From: Spizellomyces punctatus DAOM BR117 | Lineage: Eukaryota | Strand: one strand, 5' to 3' | Assembly (NCBI GenBank): GCA_000182565.2 | Contig: KQ257451.1 | Length of the DNA: 64,000 nucleotides | Shown: positions 1-17,624 of the stretch, in pieces | Layout of the letters: each line of letters opens with the position of its first letter | Position numbering within the stretch: the first letter of the stretch is position 1 | The notes under the pieces: model-generated | Seen by the model: only the letters and a program-made list of their open reading frames with translations | The model's database searches: none | What the model was told of the DNA's origin: nothing | Position numbers and translations under genes: made by a program

Positions 1-527
1 GAAACATTCTCGGGCGGCTGGTAGCCATGTGGGGACTGATTGGAACCCAATTCAGCAAGAAGGCAAGATTGCAAGCTAGTGTAAGTATGGTTATTTTAGC
101 GCAGCAATTGACGGGTCACGGCCGAAAGCGGAAACGGGATGATGATGGGGAGATAACCGGGGACCGTCCTATATCAGCAATGGAGCAACTTGCAGGTAAC
201 GGCCGCACCTGGTATATACGACACCCAACTTGGTACATAATTGTGAATTGTTTGTTTACAGACAAGTACGTCCCGCGGTTCGCTCCTGATCTCCCGCGAA
301 CACCGTTTTCGCGAAAGCTCTTGTATGAAGTGGTGCCCATCTTGCTTGGGAAGATCCCTAAACCAGATCAGCTACTGAAGTCCAATGAGGTGGGCAATGT
401 GGTAGACATTCTCCAGGCTACCATAAGGCGTATTTGGGGTGGTGACGATTGTGATGGTATCAGCCGGGAGGAACGTATATGGACCAAAGCGTTATCGGAA
501 ATAACGGGCAAAAGTCAATCTTTGTAA
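1..527 (+). CDS. 3' part of an unknown protein (open from the window edge; possibly mobile-element derived)
   Basis: The frame is open from base 3 to TAA 527, with a possible in-frame GT..AG intron at ~196-261 and a basic RKRKR patch. No family recognised. Confidence 0.4.
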   Translation, partial: NILGRLVAMWGLIGTQFSKKARLQASVSMVILAQQLTGHGRKRKRDDDGEITGDRPISAMEQLAGNGRTWYIRHPTWYIIVNCLFTDKYVPRFAPDLPRTPFSRKLLYEVVPILLGKIPKPDQLLKSNEVGNVVDILQATIRRIWGGDDCDGISREERIWTKALSEITGKSQSL

Positions 528-1465
528 GTATATTATATGGGTTTCATTGTATCATAGCGTAGCAAATAGTTTTTAGCTAGACTTATTTAAAATATCTTAT
601 TGAGGTGATTGAAAATGGCACTAGGACCCATTATTATCCGGACTAATCCGGTTAATCATATCGCATAATCAGAACCCCCATCTATCGCTCAGATTGGTGT
701 GGCATGCATGTAATGTTTTTTTTTAAATTGCGGTGAGGTACATGCAGAAGGTCTATAAAAGGGGGGCCTTCACTGTCTCTTCCCTCTTTCCTCTTTACCC
801 ATCCTCGACTCAAAGCATCTGCCCAACAAGTCTCAGTCCATCATCATGAGAATGCCGCTCTGGTGCCGAGGACCTCGCCCTCCCGACAAAAACAACATAA
901 TGCCTTGCAAATGCTGCTACGATCGCAGGTATGTATTATCTTTGTATTTTCCCACGCCCGTATTCCGAGTCTAATTCTGATCCACCTTACTATCTGAAAC
1001 ATCCTCCGACTAAGAATTTCAGAATCAAGGGCTTAGTAGGATTTCTCTTGTGTGGTGGGCTTAGTTACCCGGTTAGAACAACCGTAATGTATTGCATGTG
1101 TCATTGGGCCTAACCACCCTATTAGCGATTCATGTGTAAGGTAAATGTACTTGTGCATAGTGTGCAGGTGGTAGAAAATGTCACTAGGGACAAATTCTCC
1201 CTCCAACCCACTACAGCCGGTTCTAATTTACAATTAGCCAGCCTGTCCAACCCTTCATAACCTATCCTGCAAACGAGTCCCACCCCTATCCTAACTCGCT
1301 ACAGGTTCCAGCCTGGGTTGAACTGGGGTATGTGAAAAGCTAACTACCACTAGGCCAGCGTAATTTGCCTTTTTGGGAGCTGCCTTTGGTGTTGGCTCCG
1401 CGATCCCGAATCGCTTGCAAATCTGTCCCACGCCATTGGCTGCTTCTAGTTTGAGTACACAAAGC

Positions 1466-4045
1466 ATGTGGCAGCCACCGCCATCGGATGAAGAGCTATT
1501 CGGGTCTGACGTCGATGCCGAAGGGTCAGAAGATGGAGAGTATGAGGTCGAGGATGATGACCAGGCGGATGGACAGGAGCCACCTCTTAGCGCTTCAGTA
1601 GAGGAGTCAATGGAAGTAGAGGAAGAAGGTACAGTGAGGAGTTAGATGCTCAGCCGTTTCCTGCTGATAGAGTTGCGAAGTATTGTGTTCTCAGTATTAG
1701 TCAACGGCGAGTATGACAGTGGTGAGATCAATGTGCAGGAACACGTTGGGGAATGTGCTGGATATGAAATAGACCCGTTTGTAAGCGACCCAGCTTTGAT
1801 CACATTCATCATATTGGATTTCAAGTTCTGATCAGATTGTGTTGTGATATGTGAATAGGCGTCGCTCGTTCACCCGGCGAGCGTGAATTGTATGGCGGCG
1901 ACACGGAACATGGTACAGACAGTTTTTCAGTGTAATTTCGGTCTGCATCGATGTTTAACTCATATGCCTTGAATAATTTATAGCGCTGGCTATTCACGGG
2001 AGGGGATGATGGATTCATTCGCAAGTTTGACTTTGCTGCAACGGTCCGGGGAGAGCAGTTGTTGACGCAGACGCAACGACATGGACTTGTGGATTCTATC
2101 GAGAAGGTTGGTCCATGCTTCGTTAGATGGCAAGGGGAGAAGTTAGCGAAATGGATTGGGTCACCGAATACTGACGTTGACCGGTGCGTACAGGCAGGTG
2201 TTCTGGTTTCAGCCTGGGAGAACGAGGAATTCCCGTCAACATGTGAGTGATCACGTTGTACCTGTAGTTGAAATAACGTGCACCTGTTAACCATGCCGTA
2301 CAATAGACACAGCAGACGGGCTACCTGCCCTGGACCCCGATAATCCACCTCCTCTAGCAGCGGATTGGTCACCGGTATACAGCATAGATGTTCACTCGGA
2401 AGCTCATTGGTGCTTGACCGGGTGTAAGGTTCGACCTTATCCTTATGCGTAGTCTATCTGTGGGGATTGTTGCTCATCACCTCGCTTATTGACATATAGA
2501 GTGGGAATATAAATCTGTGGTCCATACGACACGACGAAGGGCACGTAGGTACTTTTTCGTAACGAATAAGCCTTTGCGGCTTTATTACTGACCATACCGT
2601 TCTTCACTGCATTTCTTCAACAGTGTCAGCACATTCTGCGCGGTCACAATAATGCTGTGTCTGTGCTTCGTATTACACCGGGGGAGCGGGGAGTAATTAG
2701 CGGGTCATGGGACAGGACACTGCTGGTATGCGTGTTTTTCAGGGAGGGCAAAAAGGCATCATATGTGATTCCGCTCTTTCACACAGCGATGGGATCTGAA
2801 CACCGGAGAAATAATTCGGTCTTTTCAAGGTGTAACGTCCCAAGTAACGTCCGTAAGCTTTAGTCCTTCCCCCGCATCATGCTATCCAGATTTGATAAAT
2901 ACGGAGGTTGTGAACGGCATGGATGCTTTAATGGCCCCATCAGCTGCTGAGGATTCCTTGTTGATGGCGACCAGCTACGATGGAGCTGTGCTCTTGTTTG
3001 ACCAGCGGCATCCAAGTGGGATTGGCAGAAAGCTCGTGGCATCGATGAGTGGCGCCCCTCCATGGACTGTTTCGGTACGTGGTCCTGTACAAATGGCGCT
3101 GCACATCGTTGAGCGATCTAACACAATTCTACGCCAGGCTACATGGAGTGCCGATGGCCGTCGAATATATTGCGGACGAAGGAACGCTACAGGTGTGTAT
3201 GCCTCGACCCAGTGATTCTTTTCGGAAGTATGAGCTGACAGGGTTTGCGTGATGTTTAGTCGATGAATTTGATGTAGCCGAAGGTCGTCTGATACGAACG
3301 ATCCGCTTGCCAAGAGATTCAGGCCCTGTATCCTATGTTAGCGCCATGCCGAACAACAGACATTTATTATGGTATCTTATTTCATGTGGGTGGGCAGTTT
3401 CCTACAACAGTATTGCTTACTGACATCCAATTGAAGTGCATCGCAGGACATTATACGTTTATGGGACCTTGATCTGACCACAGACTCACAAACCCAACGG
3501 GATTTACCGGCGCCCGTCCAATCTGTGACAGACGGGCCTGAGACAGGTCAATCATCGACCTCTAGCTCGCCGCCAGCCAGCGCGATTAGCACGCCTAAAC
3601 TCCCCACCGCCGGTCTTACTCTGTTCCTTGATGAGGAAATGGGCACTGACTCGGTACTGGGCGCATCATTGTCGGGTGGAATGGACTCGGATACGGCGCT
3701 AGCTCCCGCCACTGGTGGGATGCTTGGAATGTCAGAAGAACCTGAAAAGGCTGAGGTGAACGGAAAAGGCGGCTTCCAAGAAGAAGATTTTGATACAGCA
3801 CCCGTTGTGCCATTTACCATCGTGCCGGGGCATAATAGTGGAGTTGTATCAAGCATATGTGAGTAAGAGGTCCCCAAGCTCACATCGCGGATTCTGATCA
3901 TTGACGTCGTCACCTGCCCTGACTAGTGATCGATCCTGCCAAGCGCTATATGATCAGCGCATCGGGAACTCGCGGATGGGATGGTGTCGCATCTAACTTG
4001 TGCTTAGTGTATTATGTGAAACCGACTTTGCGGGCAGAGGAATGA
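1466..4045 (+). CDS. SPT8: SAGA complex WD40 subunit Spt8 (multi-exon)
   Basis: Acidic N-terminus, followed by spliced segments TGGDDGFIRKFDF, LTQTQRHGLVDSIEK, GVLVSAWENEE, INLWSIRHDEG, ISGSWDRT, PPWTVS, IVPGHNSGVVS and YMISASGTRGWDG, which match the Spt8 pattern. Many short GT-AG introns. Confidence 0.85.
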
Positions 4046-4284
4046 AAGGGCTACGAGCTTTGTAAATTCTAATTTAAGGGAGGGTTGCGCGAAGTCCTAT
4101 GTGATAGACTATAAAATCTCCGTGAGGCAGTTTGTTTTTGGTCAATTGTATATATGGGGTATGAATACTAATGAGTATAATAGTATGGGTTGGACATGGT
4201 GAGCATATGGCATGCCCATCCATTACGAAGAATTTGAAAACTTAGAATTCAGTTAGCCGCGTGACGCCCGCGCGAGAGGTATAT

Positions 4285-5803
4285 TCATATCGTCATGACG
4301 TGTCGCAAACTCCTAAATATGGGATCTCTTTCTGGTTTTTTTCGAGGCGGCTCGCTCCCCTCCTCGCTCTGAGTGCTATCACTGCGTCCAAATAGTCCTC
4401 GGATATCGGCACTTTTAGTCTGACGATCTTCGTCATCTCCAGGCCTAAAGTGTCTGGTGTTATTAAATTGCAGCCAGCCGAAATGCAGAGGTTTACCCAC
4501 CATCGTACGCAGACTCCCTTATCTTCCAGCAGTTTGGCACATGTTGACCAGCTAAATCGGATGACTCTCGGGTAACCGAAAACGCGGTCGATGTGCTCAT
4601 TCAGCCACTTAATAGTGTTTGGATCTATATGCTCAGATATCAGTAATGGTACAGTTGCAATAAGCGGAACGTGGACAAGCACCAGAAGGATAACCCGATC
4701 CAAATTCCCGAGAGAAAACGTCGTCCAGTCCCGTTTCGGCAAACACCCACCCACGAAGGATGGCATCTCGAGTCACCTGCATTTCAAGTTAACCAGAGTT
4801 TTCATTGTTCCCTGTTATCTGGCACCTACCAACCTTTGCACATATACTAGCAGCACTCACGCATGGAAATAACGAATCTGCTTTCTTTGTGACGGTGAAG
4901 TCGATCCGCGGAAAATGCGCCTCTAGTTTCTTTTTGTAGGAATCTGGCGGTCCAACTGTGTCGACAAAGACCTAAACATGTCTAAGTCGCATGCCCAGCA
5001 GTGACGGGAAGTTGTATTTACCTCTGTCACCTGCACCCCATTCTTCAATACGCGCGCAATGAGATCTATCGTCGTGTCATGAGCGAGCTCATTGAGATTA
5101 TGTTTAGCTCTGTATAATGCGTACCTTCAGTACATGATATTCCCATACGTTAGAACTGTATATCGGAAAGATTACCGTCGCAACATGCATTCAGAGATGT
5201 CCTGAGGACTGCAAACATGGACAGCCCAGCCAATCCAATCGGGATGCTTCGAAAGTGTTTGGAAGAGTTGATCCCGCTGCTCTTCTTTTAGCTGTTTGGA
5301 ATCTAGGGGAGATCGGCGTCGTTAGACATCTAGGAATCCAAACTTGGACGCCAAAGGGCATAGCATACCTGCAAATCCGACTTGCGCCAAATCGTCCTTC
5401 CTAGTGACAGGGACATAGCTTACTGCATATACCATTGGTCCTACCAAGACGCAAAGTCAGCTAGATACATTTTCGACTTCCTCCGCCTGATCGCCGAGGT
5501 TCTTCCAGATAATGCTTGCCTACCTAACACGGGTCCACGACCAGCCTCGTCCACTCCCAGACAAACCGCCTCCGTCTCCGCGCACTCCTTAGGAACAGTG
5601 GAATAATAGGACCAGGATGTTGTGCATGGGCCGTCCGGAATGTGGTCCAACTTAACAAAGGCCTCGGATGTCGAAGTAGTTGGGTCAGAAACTGGTGTTG
5701 GAGGAGGTGAGGGCGAGGGAGACAGGGAAGTCATGGAGGTTGTTGACACGGTAGATATTGAAGACGACGTCCGCTTCAGGGAACGTCGTGTTTTTGGTGG
5801 CAT
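4285..5803 (-). CDS. RNH201: Ribonuclease H2 catalytic subunit A (multi-exon)
   Basis: [14 protein letters not shown] (RNase HII DEAG motif), followed by FVDTVGPP and [20 protein letters not shown] at 5803; the 3' end is taken from the last open exon. Confidence 0.92.
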
Positions 5804-6102
5804 TGTAAGTGAACTAATCTGGTTGTCTCTTTTTGCAATGAACAGAGGCTGGTCGTTCGAAAACCAGCGACAAACCATGTCGCCTTGTTCCAATTGCTGA
5901 TCGGTATGTCCGAAGGCACGGACACTATTCACGTGACTTACATTAATTCGCCAGATCGAATGCCCAAAGATCTGATTGTCGCTATGGCGAAGGTGGCACA
6001 GCTGATCCCCGAAACGTGGACTGTGGGCGATCTTCGCCAGAGACCATCCCAATTAGCCATTGAATCGCGGCCCTTTGCCTTGGATAAGCGCTCGTCCTAA
6101 CC

Positions 6103-11126
<5,024 letters not shown>

Positions 11127-11591
11127 ATCTGACGCTGCGGGATAAAAGTACATTGGGCATATTGTGTATTTAGTTTGAGAGTTCAAAAGTACAATAGGAT
11201 CAACTTTTCTTTACATATAATTACTTGCTTGTTGAGATGCGAGGTCCGTCCTCATTATAGAAACAATCATCATGGGAAATTACTTTAATCCTCGCTTCCA
11301 TGGGGGACATACGGGTCGCAGTGCCCTTCGGCTATCGGACATATCCGAACTGACTAGAATAGCACTGGTCGAGTGGCACAGTCATATTGCCCGGTTAAGA
11401 TCAAACGTAAGCATTGTGACATCCGTGCTCTCTCATCAGGGCTCTCCCGAACAACTGACACAAAAGGCCTAACTCATTGCGGAGTAATTTCATTCCAAAT
11501 ATTCACTGAATGTGGTTTCATTCACAAAAGCAAGCCCACTGGTTGCAAGAATTGTAAATCCAAATCCTTTCTTCCTTTAATAGTAAAATTA

Positions 11592-11757
11592 CAGGAGCGG
11601 ACCGCGCGAACGCAATCCCTCCCACCACCAAAAAATGTCCACTCACGCTGACTCCGAAGAGCCAGGTGACCCCGGGCCTTCGAACTGTTGTGCAATGTCG
11701 AGAACCCGAGATAGCCACCGCCTTGTTGATCACGGTAAGCTCGTAGCAGGTAAGTAT
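11592..11757 (-). ncRNA. U1: U1 spliceosomal snRNA
   Basis: The minus strand begins ATACTTACCTG and carries the SL1 loop GATCAACAAG (U1-70K-like site), SL2 loop CATTGCAC (U1A site), Sm site ATTTTTTG and a 3' hairpin GATTGCG-TTCG-CGCGGTC. Length ~166 nt. Confidence 0.95.
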
Positions 11758-11790
11758 GCAAGAACAGGGAGGGGCGTGGGGACGCGCTGC

Positions 11791-11797
11791 TTTTATA
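11791..11797 (-). promoter_or_regulatory. TATA box of the U1 snRNA gene
   Basis: TATAAAA on the minus strand, ~34-40 bp upstream of the U1 5' end. Confidence 0.7.
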
Positions 11798-12513
11798 GAC
11801 GAGAGGAACTGCGCCACGACTGCGCTGAAAAAATGAAAAAACGCGTTGATTGGCCAGATGAATTGAATGATTCCCATTGGTTGAATTCACATGTGAGAAT
11901 CACATGCTCAAGACAGGTGCGTTACTGAATAAAGGCAGTCAAGATATAAGTGCCCCAGATCATTGTCTCGTTCATGTTTTGAGTAAACTCGGATTGCTCA
12001 GTATAACTATTGCTCATTATGCGATCCAGGTTCATTTCTAGCATACAGTGCTGAGCGCACACGACACATGACAATGGATCGCCTGTCCAGGACGGATTTC
12101 TGCGTGATGTGACCATGTCAGCCAACCGAAAGATCCGGACACTCACAAGCTCTGAATCTGTAATGTGTTTCGAGAGTTGAGCTGCCGCACATATGGCACT
12201 GCGTAGGGGCAACCCAGAGGCTTTCTATCCCGGATTACATAATACAGATCACATGATTTTAGCATTAAACCTCACTTTGGCAAGTTCGATCGGCGTTGGA
12301 TTTGCCTGCCTGGCCTTTGAGAACTGTGCGAGCCTCGCCGAACTGGCAAACCAAAACAGCAAAGGATTCTAGCTAGCGCAACGATTCGCTTCAGAGATTT
12401 TACTTGTCCAACCGGTTTCTGACATCTCCTGGGCTTTAAGGATATTTCCAAACCATTTCCTCCAATTTTTTTTAATCGGTGCTGCTCTGGTCAGTCGTTT
12501 TGCCAACTGTCCC

Positions 12514-15500
12514 ATGAACCAATCGGGACAGAAGTCCAAACACTTTGATACAGAAGTGGAAGACATTCTGGACTCGGAGGACGAGGGAAAAAGTGGAATA
12601 GTAGGTGGATTTCTGTGTGAAGAGCGACATTGTTCGAAAGGCATTGATAAACTTTGCTGTGACTAGAATGGGACGCAGCGTCGCATGCAAAATATTAGTG
12701 GGAAGACAAGTCAAGGGACAAAACGGTAAATAAAATTGAAAAAGCACGGGATCGAGTTTATATGGGAGTCCACTGAAATTTCTCTATAGGACGGGCATCC
12801 CTATAGTCGTCCCAAGCAATGAAGTGAGTTCGTAGGGATTATTTTTGCTACTGATCAACGTCCATTGATGAGCGAGGCACTCTAGAAGCGAAGAAAAAAC
12901 GCGGGTGACATAACCGACTCCTCATCTAGGCCCAAGTCGTCCAACTTCTTTGGCAGTTATTTTTCTTACGCTTCGTCACCAGTGTCGTCACCAGCACCGC
13001 ACTCTCCCTGTATGCATGTCTTTGTTCAATGACCTTCTTAGCGAATGACCCTTACTTAGTGTCACCTTTGTTTCATCCTAGTCCCATTGTTAGAACGGTT
13101 AGTGACAAGCAGAGATACAAAAGATAAAAAAGATACAAAGAACAGATTAAACGTCAACCACATCCGTGGGGTGAGATAGTTGCGATTCATTTTTTTCATC
13201 TCAATGATTAACCGAACTTTTGGTCATCAGTCTCAGAATCTTGGTGCCCGAAAGCGCATCACTTCATCGGAAAACGCTCCGCGATTACTTTTCCACAATC
13301 GCCCTACGTCTGAACGTGAAACAGAGACCGAGTTTGTTGATGTAGATGACAGCGGCGTCGCCCTAGTCGAAGAGGATCTTGTTCAATGTGCGTTGAATGG
13401 TCATTACAAGTCTACCAGGTTCCGAATGTAGTACTGATATAACATTCCACAGCCCTGTTCGACCGCTCGTTTGAGACTATCAAACCTACAATCACTCCTC
13501 ACAAAGAGCAGGCTGTCGCAAAACAAGAGCGTCCTAAAACCTCCCGTGGCCGACCATCACCAGCAACTTTAGTTCCTCCTGCAGATTCTACGTTTGAGGA
13601 GTCACCGCAAAAGCCTGTCCGAACTCCAAAGATCACAGAACGAATGAAACCACATGTAAGTCAATTTAGGTCGTCGAGTCAAGTACCAATAGCTAATCGC
13701 ATTCTAGGCTATTGTGAGAGTTCCAAGTAATTTATCACAGCGAATTGGCGACTTCCCCCGCCTTCCGTTGGAATATGTAATTCAAGATGGAAATCTCGTG
13801 GCGAGTAATGAGACGGAGCCAGTCCTAAAAGTTCACACCGATGTGAAGATTCGCTGGGCATCACAGACTCAAATCGACATTAAGGGGAGTTCAGTTCGAC
13901 GGTTTGGGGTGCGTATGCCTCGTTCGGTTGCAAGTAGCTATAAACAGTAACTAACCCAAATGTTGTTTAGTACGTACAGGGCGTCGAGATATCTGGAGTG
14001 CTGATCGATTCAACGGAACATGAACGCATCTACTGCTTTGCGCGCAAGGAAGATCTGGATACGTTTCTTCCCTTGTTCTCGCGATGCCCTATGGGCGGAG
14101 TTGCCCGGCAATTGAGGTACGCTTCATGCACTATCGGGATCGAATTACGGTAGCTCATTACATGGGCTCTAGTGGTCGTGACGTAATTCAAATGGTCGAC
14201 TTTTACAACAATGCAATGGCATTGGCGAATCCGCGAAAGAAGAGGCGTATGGAGGCCGCTATATCTGACAATGCTAAAGCAGATGGCCCGATGGCAACTC
14301 GCCGAAGCACCCGGACGCGATCGCAGACATCGTGGAACGAAGAGTAAGGGGTTTGAAACATTGAATCTATTCTTTTTGCATCAATATGAAGTATGTATGA
14401 TTACAGGCTTTTCCGGTATCCACCACAAGGCAAAAATTCGGTATCTGTACGGCAGGAAGATTATGATCGCCTCGATGACGGGGAGTTTCTAAATGATGTG
14501 GTAATAGAATTCTATCTCAAGTGAGTATAGTCTATCCTTAGATGTCGCCCTTGGGACATGCATCAACTAACTTATCCCGCTTTAAGACACTTGATGGCAA
14601 GCTTGGGCGATGAGGTACTAAGAGATCAAGTGCATATTTTCAATTCCTTTTTTTACGAGCAATTGGCGCACAAGGATGAGGCGTCAAAGTAAGTTGATGC
14701 ATTTGTACTTCTTTGGGCCTTTGATGCTAAGTCATTCCACGACCAGAAAAGGGGGCGGCGACCGGTCTGGATACGATCGAGTAAAGAAATGGACCTCAAA
14801 AATTGACATCTTCAAGAAGCGTTACATCTTCATACCTATTAATGAAAAGTAAGTGGACGAACCCTGGGGCTATGAAGGGTGGGGGCTGTGCGATTGTACT
14901 GGGCCTGACTCCATGCGGTTCGATCTAGTATGCATTGGTATCTTGCCTTGATCTACAACCCTGGCGCACTGTTGCAGCCTCAGTTAGTAGATGAGGAACT
15001 AGACGACATTATTAGACCATCCCCTGGCACCCTATCTCCTGAGGACTCGGACGTGTTTGCTCCGGACCTACCAGCAGAGGCCGACGTAGAGCTCGATGGG
15101 AACCCAGATTCGACCATAGAGGTACTCAGTAGCGGTCCAGCAAGCGACGAAATACCTGAGGAGAATGAAGTCGTTGTGGTTCATAGCCAAGACCCTCAAG
15201 AACACAAATTGGTTGTGCTCAAAGACTCGCACGAGCCTGTGCATGTCATATCAAGTGGGGAGTCGCCCAAGCGCAAACCAAAACGAACATATAAAGGCAA
15301 AAAGGCGTTGTCGGAGAACGAGTTGCGTGAGAAGGAACAGCGGGACATCGAAAAGAGGAAGCTTCGGACGACTGCAAGTTTGAGGCAGTAAGAATCGTTG
15401 CCTGGGTGGTGCATGTGTAATTCTTGGGACTAAACCAACTTGGCACAGATGTAATGTCATCATTTTGGATTCCCTACATGGCAAGCACCCTGCCGCCATA

Positions 15501-16092
15501 AGTCGACTAAAAGGGTACGAATGAAACACAGTTTAGTCCATTGGGGGACTACCTGAATTAACAAACATTCACAGATACCTTGCAAAAGAGGCCGAAGCAA
15601 AGCTGAACGTACAGATCGATCCGAAAGCTGCGCAAGGAATTCATGCAAAGGTGCGTGTATGTCCGAAGATTGTCCCACTGGTTAGTGACCTTACAAGGCC
15701 TTCGCGCATTGCAGGTCCCGTTACAAACCAACCACTGTGACTGTGGCATATATCTCCTGTACTATGTGGAAGTGTTCCTGCGCGATCCAAGAAAATACCT
15801 CCATCTCATTTTTGTAAGTACCTCAGTCCATTAACTGAACTTCCTGTATTCAATGGGCACCCTGCTCATTGGTTCCGCATAGAACCGGGTAGCAAACGAA
15901 GACGCCTGGTTTGCACTCCGTGACGTTAAACAAAAACGCTCGGAGATCAAGAAGGTCATGGATGCGCTGAGACATGAGTTTCACCTTTCAAAAACCCAAG
16001 AATGTATACCCGAAAAATCTTCTACGTCAGCGAATGCGTCGAGCAGAAGTTCTTCTTCTTCAGGTGGATCAGCGAAAGGGTCATCACGTTAG
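12514..16092 (+). CDS. C48-family SUMO protease, Ulp2/SENP6-7-like (multi-exon)
   Basis: LDDGEFLNDVVIEFYLK, HIFNSFFYEQL, YDRVKKWTSKIDIFKKRYIFIPINE, HWYLALIYNP, IILDSL and VPLQTNHCDCGIYLL supply the His/Asp/Cys triad. A long acidic insert lies between His and Asp. The start was inferred by walking short exons upstream. Confidence 0.88.
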
Positions 16093-16462
16093 TGAATCGC
16101 TGGTGCCTTCCTCGTCGAGCTGGGAATGAATCTAATCTTGTCAGAACATGCGATGGGAGCCTGGAGTGTGTTGGGTTGGAAATTTAGGGCATTGTACATA
16201 TAAGCAATTTAGGTGGGCACTTGAAAGTTGGTCGCCTGGGGGGCGCCGTTATACAATATTGTAATAGATTATGGGTTTAGGATGACGGGACAACAGCAAT
16301 TGAGCATGTTTCCTGCTGGTATGGCAGTGACCATGCCACGACACGATGTATATCAGGAGAGATGCTCAAGAGGCGTCTGCAATCCAAGACTGTCGTCGGC
16401 AATACGTGGTGTCGATCATATCTGCACGCTTCCATGACGGCTGGGTCTTGGAAACCACCACT

Positions 16463-17421
16463 TCATTTACAAAACTACGTAGCATTTCGATATCAGTACA
16501 CAGAGTGCCAACAGGTTCAAAGTCAGTTCCCTTACCTTATCACTCTTTAGTTTTGACCGGCGGTCCAACAGTGTTTCGTTCAAATTTCCTTCCTTTTTCG
16601 CCTTCCTCAATACTGTTGTGTCCTCTTGTGATAGGACCAACCGCCCGCCGCCCCAACTGTGGAATTTTTTACTGGTAACCAAGATCGGATGTGAGGAATG
16701 ATAGCCTGGATGATGCATCTATGAAGCAGAACTCACATGTGATCCACTTCCAACTCCTCAGCATTAATGCTAACATCGACCTTCTTTTTCTTCGCCCGCG
16801 CCTTGTTGGCAGCCTGACAACGCATTTGGAACACTTCTTTGAATCCAACATTTTCTGAGTCCGCCCTGGCCCGACCATCAGCATCACATTTGAGGAATTT
16901 CTCGAAACTACTCTGCAAAGCCAGGCCATCCTCTCTCAGCACAACCTCCCATTCTTCTGATGGTCCCATTGCCTCCCGTTCGCACTGTACTACCCCGAAT
17001 TTATCGGAACCAAGGTACCGATCATATGCAGACCGAAAGCAAAGCTTGGAAGAATCTGGAAGACGTTTTGCGACAAATACTTGCGATACTGTTGTGGGTT
17101 CGTAGGATGCGAGTGGGGTAGCGGGATCAATGGGTGTGAATTGAACTTTGGAGGAGGAATCAGAGCAGTTGAGAACGGATGCTGGGTCTGTTGAGGTTGT
17201 GAGAAGTAAAATAGGACCCTTAATATCATCAATATGGTCTACAGCGACCCAGCCATCTTCCGGTAACGTTTCTTCAGCTTCCGTTTCCGCCTTTCGCTTC
17301 TTTTTCTTTTTCCTACATGTGAAAGCCACTCAGTAAATCAACCATAACCACATGACAAAAAGGCGTAAACTGACTTTTCAATTGTGTTATCGCCCTTGAA
17401 GCTCAGTTTTGTCTTCCTCAT
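16463..17421 (-). CDS. FRG1: FRG1-like protein (fascin-like beta-trefoil, splicing-associated)
   Basis: KLSFKG..KKKKRK start, RSAYDRYLGSDKFGVV..EREAMGPSEEW, and the C-terminus KKEGNLNETLLDRRSKLKSDKFCK* after splicing. Confidence 0.9.
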
Positions 17422-17624
17422 CTTTGGTGATCTTGACTGATCAGCAGGGTTGCAAAAGAATTGTCCAAAAGGGTTGATCAGAACTGAACGTTGTTGCGTG
17501 ACTCATCGATTACGTCATCCATGGCGCCAGCAGTGGTAGCAGCCATGCAAGGACCGGCTTTCGCACTCTGCCATGTTGAAATAATCTACTAAATTCATTT
17601 GTATATTATAGTCTGTCCTTTAGA

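Noticed and set aside
1300-1355. Helitron or CACTA terminus near CACTAG
   Set aside because: No convincing subterminal hairpin, terminal inverted repeat partner or target-site signature within the window.
11272-11928. Several 66-122 aa ORFs on both strands
   Set aside because: They overlap the U1 snRNA and its promoter and show no protein motifs.
12021-12150. Two stems (GCGATCCA/TGGATCGC and CGGAT/ATCCG) followed by ACA, resembling an H/ACA snoRNA
   Set aside because: There is no ANANNA hinge between the stems and the pairing is limited.
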